NCBI RefSeq assembly: GCF_006345805.1
Contig: NW_021824825.1
Coordinates: 1 to 17,747 of the forward strand
Origin: Octopus sinensis
Taxonomy: Eukaryota
Direction of reading: 5' to 3'
Length of the DNA stretch: 17,747 nucleotides
Part shown: piece after piece, positions 1-10,169 of the stretch
Position numbering within the stretch: the first letter of the stretch is position 1
How the letters are laid out: each line of letters opens with the position of its first letter
Notes under the pieces: generated by a model
Told to the model about the DNA's origin: nothing
Database searches by the model: none
Seen by the model: the letters and a program-made list of their open reading frames with translations, nothing else
Program-made: the position numbers and the translations under genes

Positions 1-1360
1 AGAAAAGACTTGCTGCCTGACACCCAACATGGTTTCCAACCAGGAAGAAGCTGTTTAACTCAGCTCCTACAACACTATGACTGGGTGCTGAAACAACTGC
101 TCAACCACTCAAATGTGGAAGTCATATATCTCGACTTTGCAAAGGCCTTCGATAAAGTCGATCATGGAATGATATGTCACAAACTGCGTGATCTTGGCAT
201 AGTTGGAAAACTGGGAGAATGGCTTCATGACTTTCTGAAGAATAGAAGTCAGGTGGTAGCAGCCAATGGGGCCACTTTCATTAACACGCAAATAGTGAGC
301 GGTGTTCCGCAGGGCACTGTTTTGGGACCACTGCTGTTCATAATGGCCCTCTCAGACATGCCCTCAGCCACGCAGAGAGCCACAATCACAAGTTATGCAG
401 ATGATACAAAAGTTTCACAGGCAATACAGAACCCTGAAGACACTAAGCACCTGCAATGTGAGCTGGACGAAATATACAAGTGGGCTGAAAAGAATAGCAT
501 GCAGTTCAATGCTGAAAAGTTTCAAGCTTTATACTATCAGCATGCAAAACTGAATGCAATACCAATGAATACACTGGACCCGGAGGGATTGCAATCCCAG
601 AGGCACAATCAGTGCGTGACCTGGGTATTCGCATGAGTGATGACGCGACCTTTCATGTACATGTTGCTAAACTGACAATGAAATGTAGACGGCTGGCTGG
701 ATGGATTCTTAGAACCTTTAGAACAAGAGAACAAGAAACCATGATGGTCCTCTGGAAGACACTTGTCCTCAGCCACTTTGACTATTGCCTCTCAGCTATG
801 GTCACCATCCAGTGTCAAGTTGATCACAGAACTTGAGGCAATCCAACGAAGCTACACGAAGAAGATAGCCTCTGTGCAGCATATGAGCTACTGGGAAAGA
901 CTCAAGAGATTAAAGCTCTATTCCCTGGATCGTAGGTGAGAAAGATACGCCATAATATATATCTGGAAGATCCTGTAGGGATGTGTCCCAGACTTTGGCA
1001 TTGAGAGTCACACAAATGCCAGAACCGGACGCCACTGCGTAGTACCAAGGTCTCCAAATTTGCCATCAAGATGTAGGACAAGATATTGTGATATCCTCCC
1101 GAAGAACCTGAGGGACCTGCATGGTGTAGATGTGGATGTCTTTAAAGTAGGACTGAATCTCTTCCTGTCAGGTGTCCCGGATGAACCAACTTCACGGCAG
1201 GAGGTGCAGATGAGGGCAGCTGCATCGAACTCTCTCATGCATGAGATGGCGTTTGCTAAAAGCATCCGTGAGGTAAATCGTGTAGCAAACCAAATGGCGG
1301 TTGCCCAGCATGGCCACAGCTCATTAGCTGAAACTGGAAAAATCAAAATCATCAAAAATC
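1..1360 (+). mobile_element. CR1/L2-group LINE, 3' part (RT pseudogene plus 3' UTR), cut by the window edge
   Basis: ORF 10..636 has RT motifs QHGFQPGRSC, YLDFAKAFDKVDH, SGVPQGTVLGPLLF and YADDTK. Frameshifted continuation at 612..836 (RDLGIRMSDD...GWILRTFRTR...DYC) and 1060 onward (ILPKNLRDL...PDEP). Ends in a stem-loop and AAAATC-type repeats at about 1341-1360. Confidence 0.9.
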
Positions 1361-1444
1361 ATATATTTATAATATATTTATATATATATATATATTTTTT
1401 ATATTATATATATTTATATATATATATATATATATTTTTATATA
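1361..1444. repeat. Imperfect (TA)n microsatellite
   Basis: Direct reading; lies between the LINE 3' end and the SINE 5' end. Confidence 0.9.
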
Positions 1445-1851
1445 GGCTCAGGAGTGGCTGTGTGGTAAGTAGCTTGCTAACCAACCACATGGTTCCGGGT
1501 TCAGTCCCACTGCGTGGCATCTTGGGCAAGTGTCTTCTGCTATAGCCCTGGGCTGACGAATGCCTTGTGAGTGGATTTGGTAGACGGAACCTGAAAGAAG
1601 CCTGTCGTATATATATATATATATATATGTATGTGTTTCTGTCTGTGTGTCTGTGTTTGTCCCCCTAGCATTGCTTGACAACCAATGCTGGTGTGTTTAC
1701 GTCCCCGTCACTTAGCGGTTCGGCAAAAAGAGACCGGTAGAATAAGTACTGGGCTTACAAAGAATAAGTCCCGGGGTCGATTTGCTCAACTAAATGCGGT
1801 ACTCCAGCACGGCCGCAGTCAAATGACTGAAACAAGTAAAAGATTAAAGAG
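1445..1851 (+). mobile_element. tRNA-derived SINE (common octopus family), full length, with an internal TA/TG microsatellite
   Basis: Box A-like GTGGCTGTGTGG and box B-like GGTTCAGTCCC. Central CTTGGGCAAGTGTCTT motif. LINE-like 3' tail (CCAGCACGGCCGCAGTCAAATGACTGAAAC). (TA)n on both sides. Confidence 0.88.
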
Positions 1852-1877
1852 TATATATATATATATATATATATATA

Positions 1878-2265
1878 CAAAATAAGAAAATTGAGAAACA
1901 CATCTTAATCAATGATCAACTACCAGATAATACCCAATCACATAATTTATTAAACCACCACTTTTGAACATTAAGGTCAAACATAATAATATAGAACAAA
2001 ACAATGTACATGAAAGAGTAATGTGATACAATAAGTACAGCATATATAAGTGAATATAAATAAATACAAATATAAATATAAACTACATCTTACAGCTGTT
2101 TCGGCCATGCTGATATGGGTGTCTCATTATGCTCATATTAGCCATATGTGATAGGTCAATATGTTGTTATAAATGAGACACTCATAAAAATATCCCAAGG
2201 CCTCTTCAGAGATTATGAAATACAAACTAAATTAAATATGAATATCAGAGGAGGTACACCCATAC
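1878..2265 (-). mobile_element. Non-coding hammerhead-bearing element, copy 1 (PLE pseudo-LTR or retrozyme-like)
   Basis: Contains a hammerhead at 2087-2213 and a minus-strand AATAAA at 1946-1951. Segment 1878-1960 is visibly homologous to 2792-2880. Its 3' end abuts (TA)n at 1852-1877. The right boundary is approximate (shared ACACCCATA motif). Confidence 0.7.
2087..2213 (-). ncRNA. Type I hammerhead ribozyme (HHR1), GUA cleavage triplet
   Basis: Minus strand reads AUCU-CUGAAGA-GGCC...(100-nt stem II domain)...GGCC-GAAA-C-AGCU-G-UA^AGAU. Stem I is AUCU/AGAU, all core nucleotides are present, and stem III is the palindrome ACAGCUGU. Predicted cut between 2091 and 2090. Confidence 0.85.
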
Positions 2266-2791
2266 AATAGTGGGTACATACCCCTAATATATAATATACA
2301 CATACATATGAGTGCATATACCCATACTCCTATACATATATATATACATATACATAATAATATAAATCAATATACATACATATGTTCAATATTCAATGTT
2401 ACAGTTGGTCAACATAATATTATGATATTAGAGTGTAGAAAACATATGCATATTCATATTCAAATGCAGATATACAAAGTCCAGAGTACATTGTATTAAG
2501 TTACAAAATGTCATTAATATTAACATCATTACTATTATCATTACCACAATTGCTACTAATATCATTATTATTGTTATTAATAACATTAATACCAGCAAAA
2601 CAATATATGCATCACACGGTTAGCAACATAATAGCAAAAACAACAACAACAATAATACTACAGTACCATGCAAAGCATTAAAGATCGGCATATAGATATA
2701 AAATGAAAAATAAAAACATTGGTTTACATGATATTAAGTTCCATATATTTATATATATATATGTATTTATATGTATATTTATATATAATTA

Positions 2792-3171
2792 CAAAATTAG
2801 AAAATGGAGAAACATACTTAAATCAATCAAACATCAACCAACAGATGATACCCAATCAATACTTTATTACACCATTACATAACAGTAAAGGCATTATACA
2901 AAATATATTGTAAATATAATTAGACAAGGAAATAGAAATATAAAATATAATATGTAATTATAACATATCTGACAGCTGTTTCGGCAGTAAGGGCAAGCAT
3001 GCCTCATTTAACTTATAAGCCATATAAGGCAGGTATAAATGAGACATTAACAAGGATGCCCCATGGCCTCTTCAGAGAATTTAATTTAATATAAGTGTGA
3101 AAAAAAATTTTTTTTATATACATATAAATATAAAAATATAAAATATAAAAACGTGTGCATAGACACCCATA
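2792..3171 (-). mobile_element. Non-coding hammerhead-bearing element, copy 2 (PLE pseudo-LTR or retrozyme-like)
   Basis: Contains a hammerhead at 2968-3078 and a minus-strand AATAAA at 2863-2868. Homologous to copy 1. Its 3' end abuts a TA-rich tract at about 2745-2790. The right boundary is approximate. Confidence 0.7.
2968..3078 (-). ncRNA. Type I hammerhead ribozyme (HHR2), GUC cleavage triplet
   Basis: Minus strand reads UCU-CUGAAGA-GGC...(86-nt stem II domain)...GCC-GAAA-C-AGCU-G-UC^AGA. The core is intact and stem III is the same palindrome as HHR1. Stem I has only 3 bp followed by a U-U pair. Predicted cut between 2971 and 2970. Confidence 0.8.
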
Positions 3172-4467
3172 ATGCTACACATATATATATATACTCATTA
3201 ATACAATAATACAAAATAAACAAAACAAAATAAAACAAAATATCTATCAATATATATTAATAAACACAGTTATTCTACATATTGGGCTAATAGTTCTAAA
3301 AACTAACACACAGGAAAATATATGCACACTCACATTTAAATTAAAATCAGACCTAAACATGAAAAATAATAAAAAAACACAGTTCAGTTCATAAAATTAT
3401 AAACCTGTAAAAGTCAGTAAAAATTACTATTAATATTAATAATAATAATAATAATAGATACAATTATGTCTGTACCAAGTACATCCATCGGACATCGACA
3501 TATCTATGAGTCTGGTTATTCTGTCCGCTTGATATTGATTATTCTAGATTAATTCGATTGGCTTATAGTTTAAAATTTGAATCAGAAAAGAAATTTTACG
3601 GTTAGTTAGTCAAGAAATGCACATACGCACACGCACATCCACAGATCAATCGCACATACATATATAATTACATGTATACACACATACACTCATACACATG
3701 CATATCCACAAACAATGTCCAACACATAAATAAACAAATAATAAAAGAGGTATAATCCTAGCTATGCAGCCATCCAGCCTCTCAAAACGACAATTATGCC
3801 ACTAAATTAACTAAATAGATCCACTCACATATTTCCATAAAATATTTGTTATAAAGATACATATATTAATATATCACGACATCGAATGTTATTTTCGCAA
3901 GGTACACGCAGCATGTAACACCGTTTTTTCTATAGTCAACATAGCGTTTACTGATTTCACCGTAATTTGCTATAATCGCATGTACGCCAAGTTATAAAGT
4001 ATAGATTAATTTTTTATAGTATAAATATATATCTTTTCTATGTAATAAATCCAGTGTCATTATAATATTAATATTTATCCACCAAAGAACCTAACCTACG
4101 AACTAATAGAATTACACTCAAATATACATACTCTTGTGTAGCAGCAGATATACACAAGCGCACCGTCTATTTTCATATGTGGCTCGCGAGAAAACATTCA
4201 GAGTACTTATATATAAATATACTTTCAAGCAACCGTGGACACATAGATAACAAATGTAATAATTAACAAGATTTGGCATTAAATAATATCAATGGGGGAC
4301 TAACCAATACAAATGTATATAAGTAAATAACAGAAATTAAATTAATTATAAGTTAATAAATTGTAAATACTTAAGTTAAAAATGTGATAAAATAAATAAG
4401 AAGAAATAATTAAAATTACATACATAATATAAGTACAAACCAGTATACATGTATTCATATATTATAT

Positions 4468-4852
4468 TGCCAAAGTTTGGGACAAGACCCTCCAGGATTT
4501 TTCAGATGTATATCACCACATTTCTCTCCCACCTTCGCTCTAGTGAGAAGAGGTTTAATACTTTCAGTATTTCCCAGTAGCTGATATTTTGCATTGAGAC
4601 GATCTTCTTTGTGTAGCTTCTTTGAATTGCTTCGAGTTCTGCTGTTAGTTTTATATTGTGTGGTGACCATAGTTGGGAGCAGTAGTCCAAGCGGCTGAGG
4701 ACGAATGTTTTCCAGAGGACCATCAGTGTCTCCTTCTCTCTTGCTCTGAAAGTTCGGAGAATCCATCCAGCTAGCCGTCTGCATTTTATCACCAGATTAG
4801 CAATATGCACTTGGAAAGATGCATCATTGCTCATGTCAATGCCCAGGTCACG
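4468..4852 (-). mobile_element. CR1/L2-group LINE internal fragment
   Basis: ORF 4502..4834 (MSNDASFQVHI...GWILRTFRAR...LSRLDYCSQLWSP...YWE.LK.L.L.SLERR) is homologous to about 616-1000, in inverted orientation and visibly diverged. Confidence 0.88.
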
Positions 4853-5787
4853 GGTCTATGTCTACACAAACATGTAATATATAAATGTACAGTGACAAAT
4901 GAAAAACAGCAAACTAGGGTTTATATAGGAAGTACCAAAGACTTCAAAAAACGGTTTAGAATACACATAAATTCCTTTAATAAGTTAAAACAGAAACTCT
5001 ACAGCATTAGCAAGCTATATACACAATTTAGAATTACAAAACATCAATTATACATTGTCTTGGTCAATCATCAATGAGGCCCCAACATACAATACTATTA
5101 CCAACAGATGTTGATTGTGTATAAAAGAATGATACATGATCCTTTGCATTTTTAATTCCAGTTTTAAATAAATTTTCTGAAGCTATTCATTTATGTAACC
5201 ATAGATATTATCCAACTTTCAAGAGTAAATTTAAATTTGAACCCACATAGTAACTTTTTCTATAGTAAAACAATGTATTGCCACTTGGTTATAATTAAAA
5301 AAATAAAAAAAGCTCCTACCAGCCCTCTTGATAATTTCCATAATTCATATGACTCTTATATAAAACATAAATTAATTAATACTTGCAAAACCATTTAATA
5401 AATTTCTACCCTGGATTTCTTCAATTGTTTTTACTTCTACTGTGTCTGCTTCTATATAGCTGTATAGAAGTAAACACATTTTTTCTTCTTTCTCTCTCCT
5501 TTCTTCCTTTCCTTCTCTTTTCCATTGACACTTCTTTCAGATACAAAGGCACACACACACGTGCACTCACACTTTCTCCCCATTTCTCACCCTCTTTTAC
5601 TATCCTATATCTCTCTCCACCCCTATACACTCAATAATAATATAAAAAGAGACAAATCTCCTGAAAAAATTCAATCTGAAGAATTCATTAGAGTGGATGC
5701 AAGCGCTAATATATGATTTATATATGTGACATATTAATAAAAATCTGTAAATATAAAGCCATCCAGATTTCTGAGTACCTTATTTCT
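4853..5787 (+). mobile_element. Penelope-like element 3' fragment: C-terminal GIY-YIG endonuclease remnant plus 3' non-coding region
   Basis: GLCLHKHVIYKCTVT...VYIGSTKDFKKRFRIHINSF, then after a frameshift NSTALASYIHNL...LSWSIINEAPTYNTITNRC*LCIKE*, then VLNKFSEAIHLCNHR...EPT* (stop 5248-5250). Followed by a pyrimidine-rich tract, a degenerate hammerhead, AATAAA (5736-5741) and (TA)n. Confidence 0.8.
5671..5716 (+). ncRNA. Degenerate minimal hammerhead ribozyme in the PLE 3' region (probably inactive)
   Basis: CUGAAGA (5676-5682), stem II AUUC/GGAU with an 8-nt loop, GCAA in place of GAAA, palindromic stem III AGCGCU, then A. Stem I is weak. Its position and strand fit a PLE pseudo-LTR. Confidence 0.45.
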
Positions 5788-5797
5788 TATATATATA

Positions 5798-5802
<5 letters not shown>

Positions 5803-5848
<46 letters not shown>
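5803..5848. repeat. (TA)n microsatellite
   Basis: Direct reading; followed by a CA/TA-rich tract. Confidence 0.95.
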
Positions 5849-5858
<10 letters not shown>

Positions 5859-5897
5859 TACATGTATATGCATGTGTGTATATACATATATGTATAT

Positions 5898-5951
5898 CAT
5901 CATCATCATTTAACATCCATCTTCTATGTATGCATGGGTAGGGACGGTTGG
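5898..5951 (-). mobile_element. Solo 3' tail of an RTE LINE or its partner SINE
   Basis: CATCATCATCATTTAACATCC...GCATGGGTAGGGACGGTTG matches the RTE terminus at 14170-14230. Confidence 0.7.
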
Positions 5952-6532
5952 CATGTATATATTTATTTGTGTGTGCGTGTGGTATTTTTGCATTTTGGGT
6001 GGTTTTGCCAGTAGAAAGCACACGCACTGGTCCTGAGATAGCAGAATTGCTTGAGATTCAGTATAAATACTTTGCTGTATTTGTTCCTGCTCTTTACATT
6101 CTGAGGTTCACTGAGGTCCAGTTTGTCTTTCACTCATTCTGAAGTAAATAAAATAAAGTAGCAATTAAATGCTATAATTGATGTAATCAACTAACTCCTT
6201 CTCTCTGAAATTGATCTCCTTGTATCAAAATTTCATTGTTTGTTTGATTAATTTTTTGATTGATTATTCAAGTGGTGCTTTTTTCACAGTCCTCTCTTAC
6301 TATTTGCAACCCTCATCAATGATATCCTTGAATCTCCATTTCTGTCTTGACTTTTTTTGCTGTATTTAAACATTTTGATGTGTGTGTGTCTACTTATGGT
6401 GTGCCTATGTTCATGTATTTGTAGCAATAAATTAGCTGTTTCATATTTCATAGCATTTACCCTTTTCTACTTTGTCATCATTTTATCATTTTCTCTATCT
6501 TGTATTTTTTGCTTTTTGTTCTTGTTTTTCAG

Positions 6533-6687
6533 GCTATGAATTTCACAATGTCTTTCACAACAACCACAGCTGACAGTCGCTTTATTCCACTTGTTGAAGC
6601 TAACAAGACAGTCTCTTTTGAAAATGATACCATTGATGTGTATCGGAAGGGATGTTTTGGAGAGTTCAACACTGTCGCTTGTATTCG
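6533..6687 (+). CDS. Candidate internal coding exon (155 nt) of an unidentified host gene, possibly an extracellular glycoprotein
   Basis: Long polypyrimidine tract ending TTGTTTTTCAG (AG at 6531-6532) and a strong GTGAGT donor at 6688. Only one frame is open: AMNFTMSFTTTTADSRFIPLVEANKTVSFENDTIDVYRKGCFGEFNTVACIR, with three N-x-T sequons. It is not similar to any repeat in the window. I do not recognise the protein. Confidence 0.55.
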
Positions 6688-6844
6688 GTGAGTTATATTC
6701 ATTCATTTACTACTACTACTACTAATTCCATTTCTCCACAATGTACTAAGAATCCCTACTCCCACTCCAGTTAACATAAGTGGGTCTTCAGTTTCATGTT
6801 GTGTGTCTCTGCCAATTAACATTGATGTAATTAGGTAGTGTTTC

Positions 6845-7548
6845 TCCTTTATTATGGTGCAGAAGTCTTCAAATATAACATCTGGTATAACCTGGTGTTG
6901 AGCACAGTAGCAGTGACCAGCAGAGCTGTCTCTGCATTGAACAACAATAGTATATATAGGTGGATTATGACAATAAATCTCCTATTTCACCTTCTGCTCA
7001 TAGAAAACCTCATGTATTTACTACAAGGCAATTTTGAGGTCTTTCTTCAAATTCCAGATTTCAACTCTATAGAAATGAATACTATCTACATATGTCCTCA
7101 AGAAGTTCAACTTTGTTGACTTCGTAATACTTGATTGCCAGATGATGCTGTGAAGATTGTTACAGGCATTTCAGGCTTTTTCTTTGCATGTCATGAAGTC
7201 TTCCTTACTATGTAGGTCCTTGTATTTCTTAAGTTGTGTACCATTGTTGGAGTGAATTGACAGATGGCTTTCGTCCTCATTGAAGGTCATGTATTCAGTC
7301 TTTTTTGCATTAAGAAGCAGACTGACTTTGACTGTTGCATTCTGAAGAGATATTAGCAAATCCTGCATAGGATGAGCTGTAAGGACAAGCTCATTAGTAT
7401 AATCAAGTTTTGAGAGATACAAACTCTGTCTCAATCGCTTCCACTTGGTGCTGACGCCTTTGTTTTGGATGGAGTTTAGACTCAGCTTAAGAGCATAGTC
7501 CATCACAGTTGCAAAGCAAGAAGGGGCTAGGGTATCTTTCTGAAGGCT
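6845..7548 (-). mobile_element. Old, degenerate RTE/RTEX-like LINE RT fragment
   Basis: LQKDTLAPSCFATVMDYAL (QGDTLAP-type motif), LLLNAKKTEYM, ACNNL..IWQS and AGHC...QVIPDV, spread over frameshifts. Confidence 0.7.
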
Positions 7549-7769
7549 TCATGCTATTGAAAACTATTTAGTTGGTCTGTCTGTGCTAGTATAAATAATT
7601 GTAAACACAAACTAACCAAAATTTTTAATAAATCTGACAAGTGTAAAACAGAAGCTAAAAGTAGCATTCAGCTGAAATCCTGATAGAGAAACAGTTAACA
7701 AAATTATTAAAAAACCATATTACAATGTATGTTAATAAGTGTACAAAAGAAAAACAAAACCTGTTCTAC

Positions 7770-8312
7770 CCAATAAGATTGGGCAATGTGGAAAAGGATA
7801 CAGAAAAAGCTCAGAATTCAATGCTGAGGCCAAATGAATTTTGATTGAACACAAGATCAATGCCTTGCCACTAGAACCTACTAAAAACATAATGAAGCAG
7901 AGCATGAAAGGACACTGCAGAAAATATAAAGAGCATTCAATTGCAGGATATGTAAAGAAATATTCAACATTCAGTTCCTTGTAGTTGACCAGTGTTGGCC
8001 TAAATATAGTATATAAACATACAACAGAAATGTAACTTTCATCCACTGGAAACTATACCAGTATTTTAAAATATGTACAGAAATGATAGTACAAAAATAC
8101 ATTGTAAAAAGTTTCTAAGAATGACAAAATAACCATACTCTGGGACGTGCCTTTTCATACAAGCAGAAAAATTAAAGAAACTTGTACTGATATCATTGTG
8201 ATAAATTACCATTTTCCATGACAAAATGTCAATACATGAAATGGAGAAACTATTGAAATATAAAGACCAGGAAATTGAGACAATTGACTATTGGGATAGA
8301 AAATAGAAACAA
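7770..8312 (+). mobile_element. Degenerate R4/Dong-like LINE C-terminus (zinc knuckle plus restriction-like endonuclease)
   Basis: QDQCLATRTY, CRIC...IQH, NDKITILWDVPFHTSRKIKETCTDIIV and EKLLKYKDQEIE remnants in the expected order. The clade is inferred from motif style. Confidence 0.7.
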
Positions 8313-9465
8313 TTATTTGCTAATGACCATGCTCTTATAGCTAAATCTGTAAAAGGTTTAGAGAAGAAATTCTAGGCATTGATGCAAAATATTGAATAAA
8401 AGAGCCTCGCTGTTAACTTAGCAGAGTATTAGCAGAAACAGACAAAACTCTGTTATGATCAGGGAAATAGCCTTGCTTGGTATGTACGAATTGAGTTGGT
8501 AGAAATTCCATATATTGTACACAATGCCAATTATTTTCTACTCAAGGTACAAGGCCTGAAATTTTGGGTGAGGGAGCCAGTCGATTAGATTGATCCCAGT
8601 ACACAACTAGTACTTAATTTATTGACCCTGAAAGGACAAAAGGCATAGTCGACCTTGGTAGAATTTTAACTCAGAATGTAAAGACAGGCAAAATGTTGCT
8701 AAGCATTTCACCAGGCATGCTAACATGTCTGCCAGCTTGCTGCCTTGTACACAATGTCAATTGTGCCCTCACAGCTGATGTAGTAGAATCATAGGCAAGT
8801 TGACAAAGAAAGCAGAATTTGTATGTGGCAGATGCACAAAAACAATAAACACTAAAAACTCACAAGAAATAGATATTCTCAAACGCCCTGGAGGCTCCCT
8901 AGAGTTGTAACTGGCTTCTGTTATTTTGGCACTCTAATTTACAATGGTAGAGGTTGTCTAAAAATATAGTAGACAGAGTAAGAAAAGAGTACATTTAGGA
9001 AGTTTTCTCTATTGATAATAGAAAGTTTTTCACTTTGAATGAAAGACAAACTGTATGATACTTATGTATGAACTGCACTGCTATATGAAAGTAAGATGTA
9101 GTCCCTGCATGCAGAATATCTGCAAAGACTAGAAGGAAATGAAGCAAGCATGCTCCATTGAATGTGCAATGTCAGTGTGCATGAATGATTTAGTATAATT
9201 GACTTGAGGGAAAAACTGGATATATCAAACTCCTTTCTTGCACGCTACATCTGAGGAATCATGTAGTATGCAAGAAAGAAGACTGCATTGGTTTGTACAT
9301 ATAATGTATATGGATGAGGATAGTTGTATAAAGTACCAATTACTTGCAGTAGATGAAACCTATAGAAGAGGGAGACACAAGAAACACGGAAGGTGTTGAG
9401 CCTCATGACAAAAATGAACAAAGGACCAAGATGATTGGCAATACACAATGCTTGAGAAGACCCAC
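8313..9465 (+). mobile_element. Old RTE LINE 3' fragment interrupted by a SINE
   Basis: LFANDHALIAKSVKGLEKKF (decayed LLYADDLALIAESL..LEKKF), Cys-finger remnants and 3' RT remnants. Colinear with the copy at 12661-13560. Confidence 0.75.
8533..8746 (-). mobile_element. tRNA-derived SINE (second octopus family) with a target-site duplication
   Basis: Minus strand starts AAGGCAGCAAGCTGGCAGA and has a box B-like GAGTTAAAATTC. Flanked by a 16-bp direct repeat GTACACAATG(C/T)CAATT at 8517-8532 and 8747-8762. Confidence 0.85.
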
Positions 9466-10169
9466 ACATCTCTGCAAGCATGACATGGTGTCTGTGCATA
9501 ACTAAGGTTTTGGAGGCATAATGTTCCTATCAATTGTACAATTGTTCCTCCACTTTCCTCAACCAGACTACTTCCACAATTGACATCCATCCCTTATTTT
9601 TACTTGTCATTCCATTGTGCTCTATCACCCCCAACTGTTTACATACATTTCTCACTCTCTACTACACTGTTGCCAACTTAACCCACCATTCATTTCCCTA
9701 TCACTCTTGTATCTGCTGTATTTTTCTGCTGCAGTAAAAAATGAAAATAGAACCTATTATTACATAACATCATATCACCACTTCTGAACTGCATCTATCT
9801 CTCACTTTCCCCACCTCCTCACTCTTGCAACCTTACCTACCCTTCCTTATTCTTCTGTTTCCATGCTCTCTTCTATTTACCTTCTTAGATATATTACCTT
9901 CAGGCACCACATCATCACCGTATGTGACTCTCTTACTTGTACCATTCCTGCCACCTTACTCACCTATGTAAAATGCAAGGTAACCATGAATTTCCACAAC
10001 AATTGACCTTTGCCTGCTCCTCCCATCATTTTTTCATCCTCTCAACACTTTACACAAAGTGATCATCCAACCATCTATTAAATGGCCATAAAATTGGAAT
10101 GATTAATGTTATCATGCTGCAGTTTACTTCTCATACAAACAAATGGTGGAAATTTGAAACAAATTTGAG

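Noticed and set aside
1878-3600. Simple 880-bp tandem duplication or satellite
   Set aside because: Homology covers only about 400 bp per unit. The intervening sequences do not align, so two related insertions fit better.
612-4852. Inverted CR1-group pair (about 616-1000 versus 4468-4852) as a dsRNA stem around the hammerheads
   Set aside because: The arms are diverged (roughly 70% by eye) and 3.5 kb apart, so they are most likely independent insertions.
5108-5135. In-frame TGA codons in PLE C*LC.KE* as possible selenocysteine
   Set aside because: The TGA is at a spacer position of CxxC rather than a Cys position. It is simply explained by decay such as CGA to TGA in a frameshifted copy. 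No SECIS was identified.
6028-6138. Possible minus-strand exon (good acceptor at 6139-6140, GTGCGT donor)
   Set aside because: It has stops in all three frames and no supporting partner, so it is at most a non-coding exon.
9904-9979. Possible + strand phase-2 exon compatible with the 6533-6687 exon
   Set aside because: It lies in a long pyrimidine-rich, probably repeat-derived tract where AG/GT pairs arise by chance, and the peptide is uninformative.
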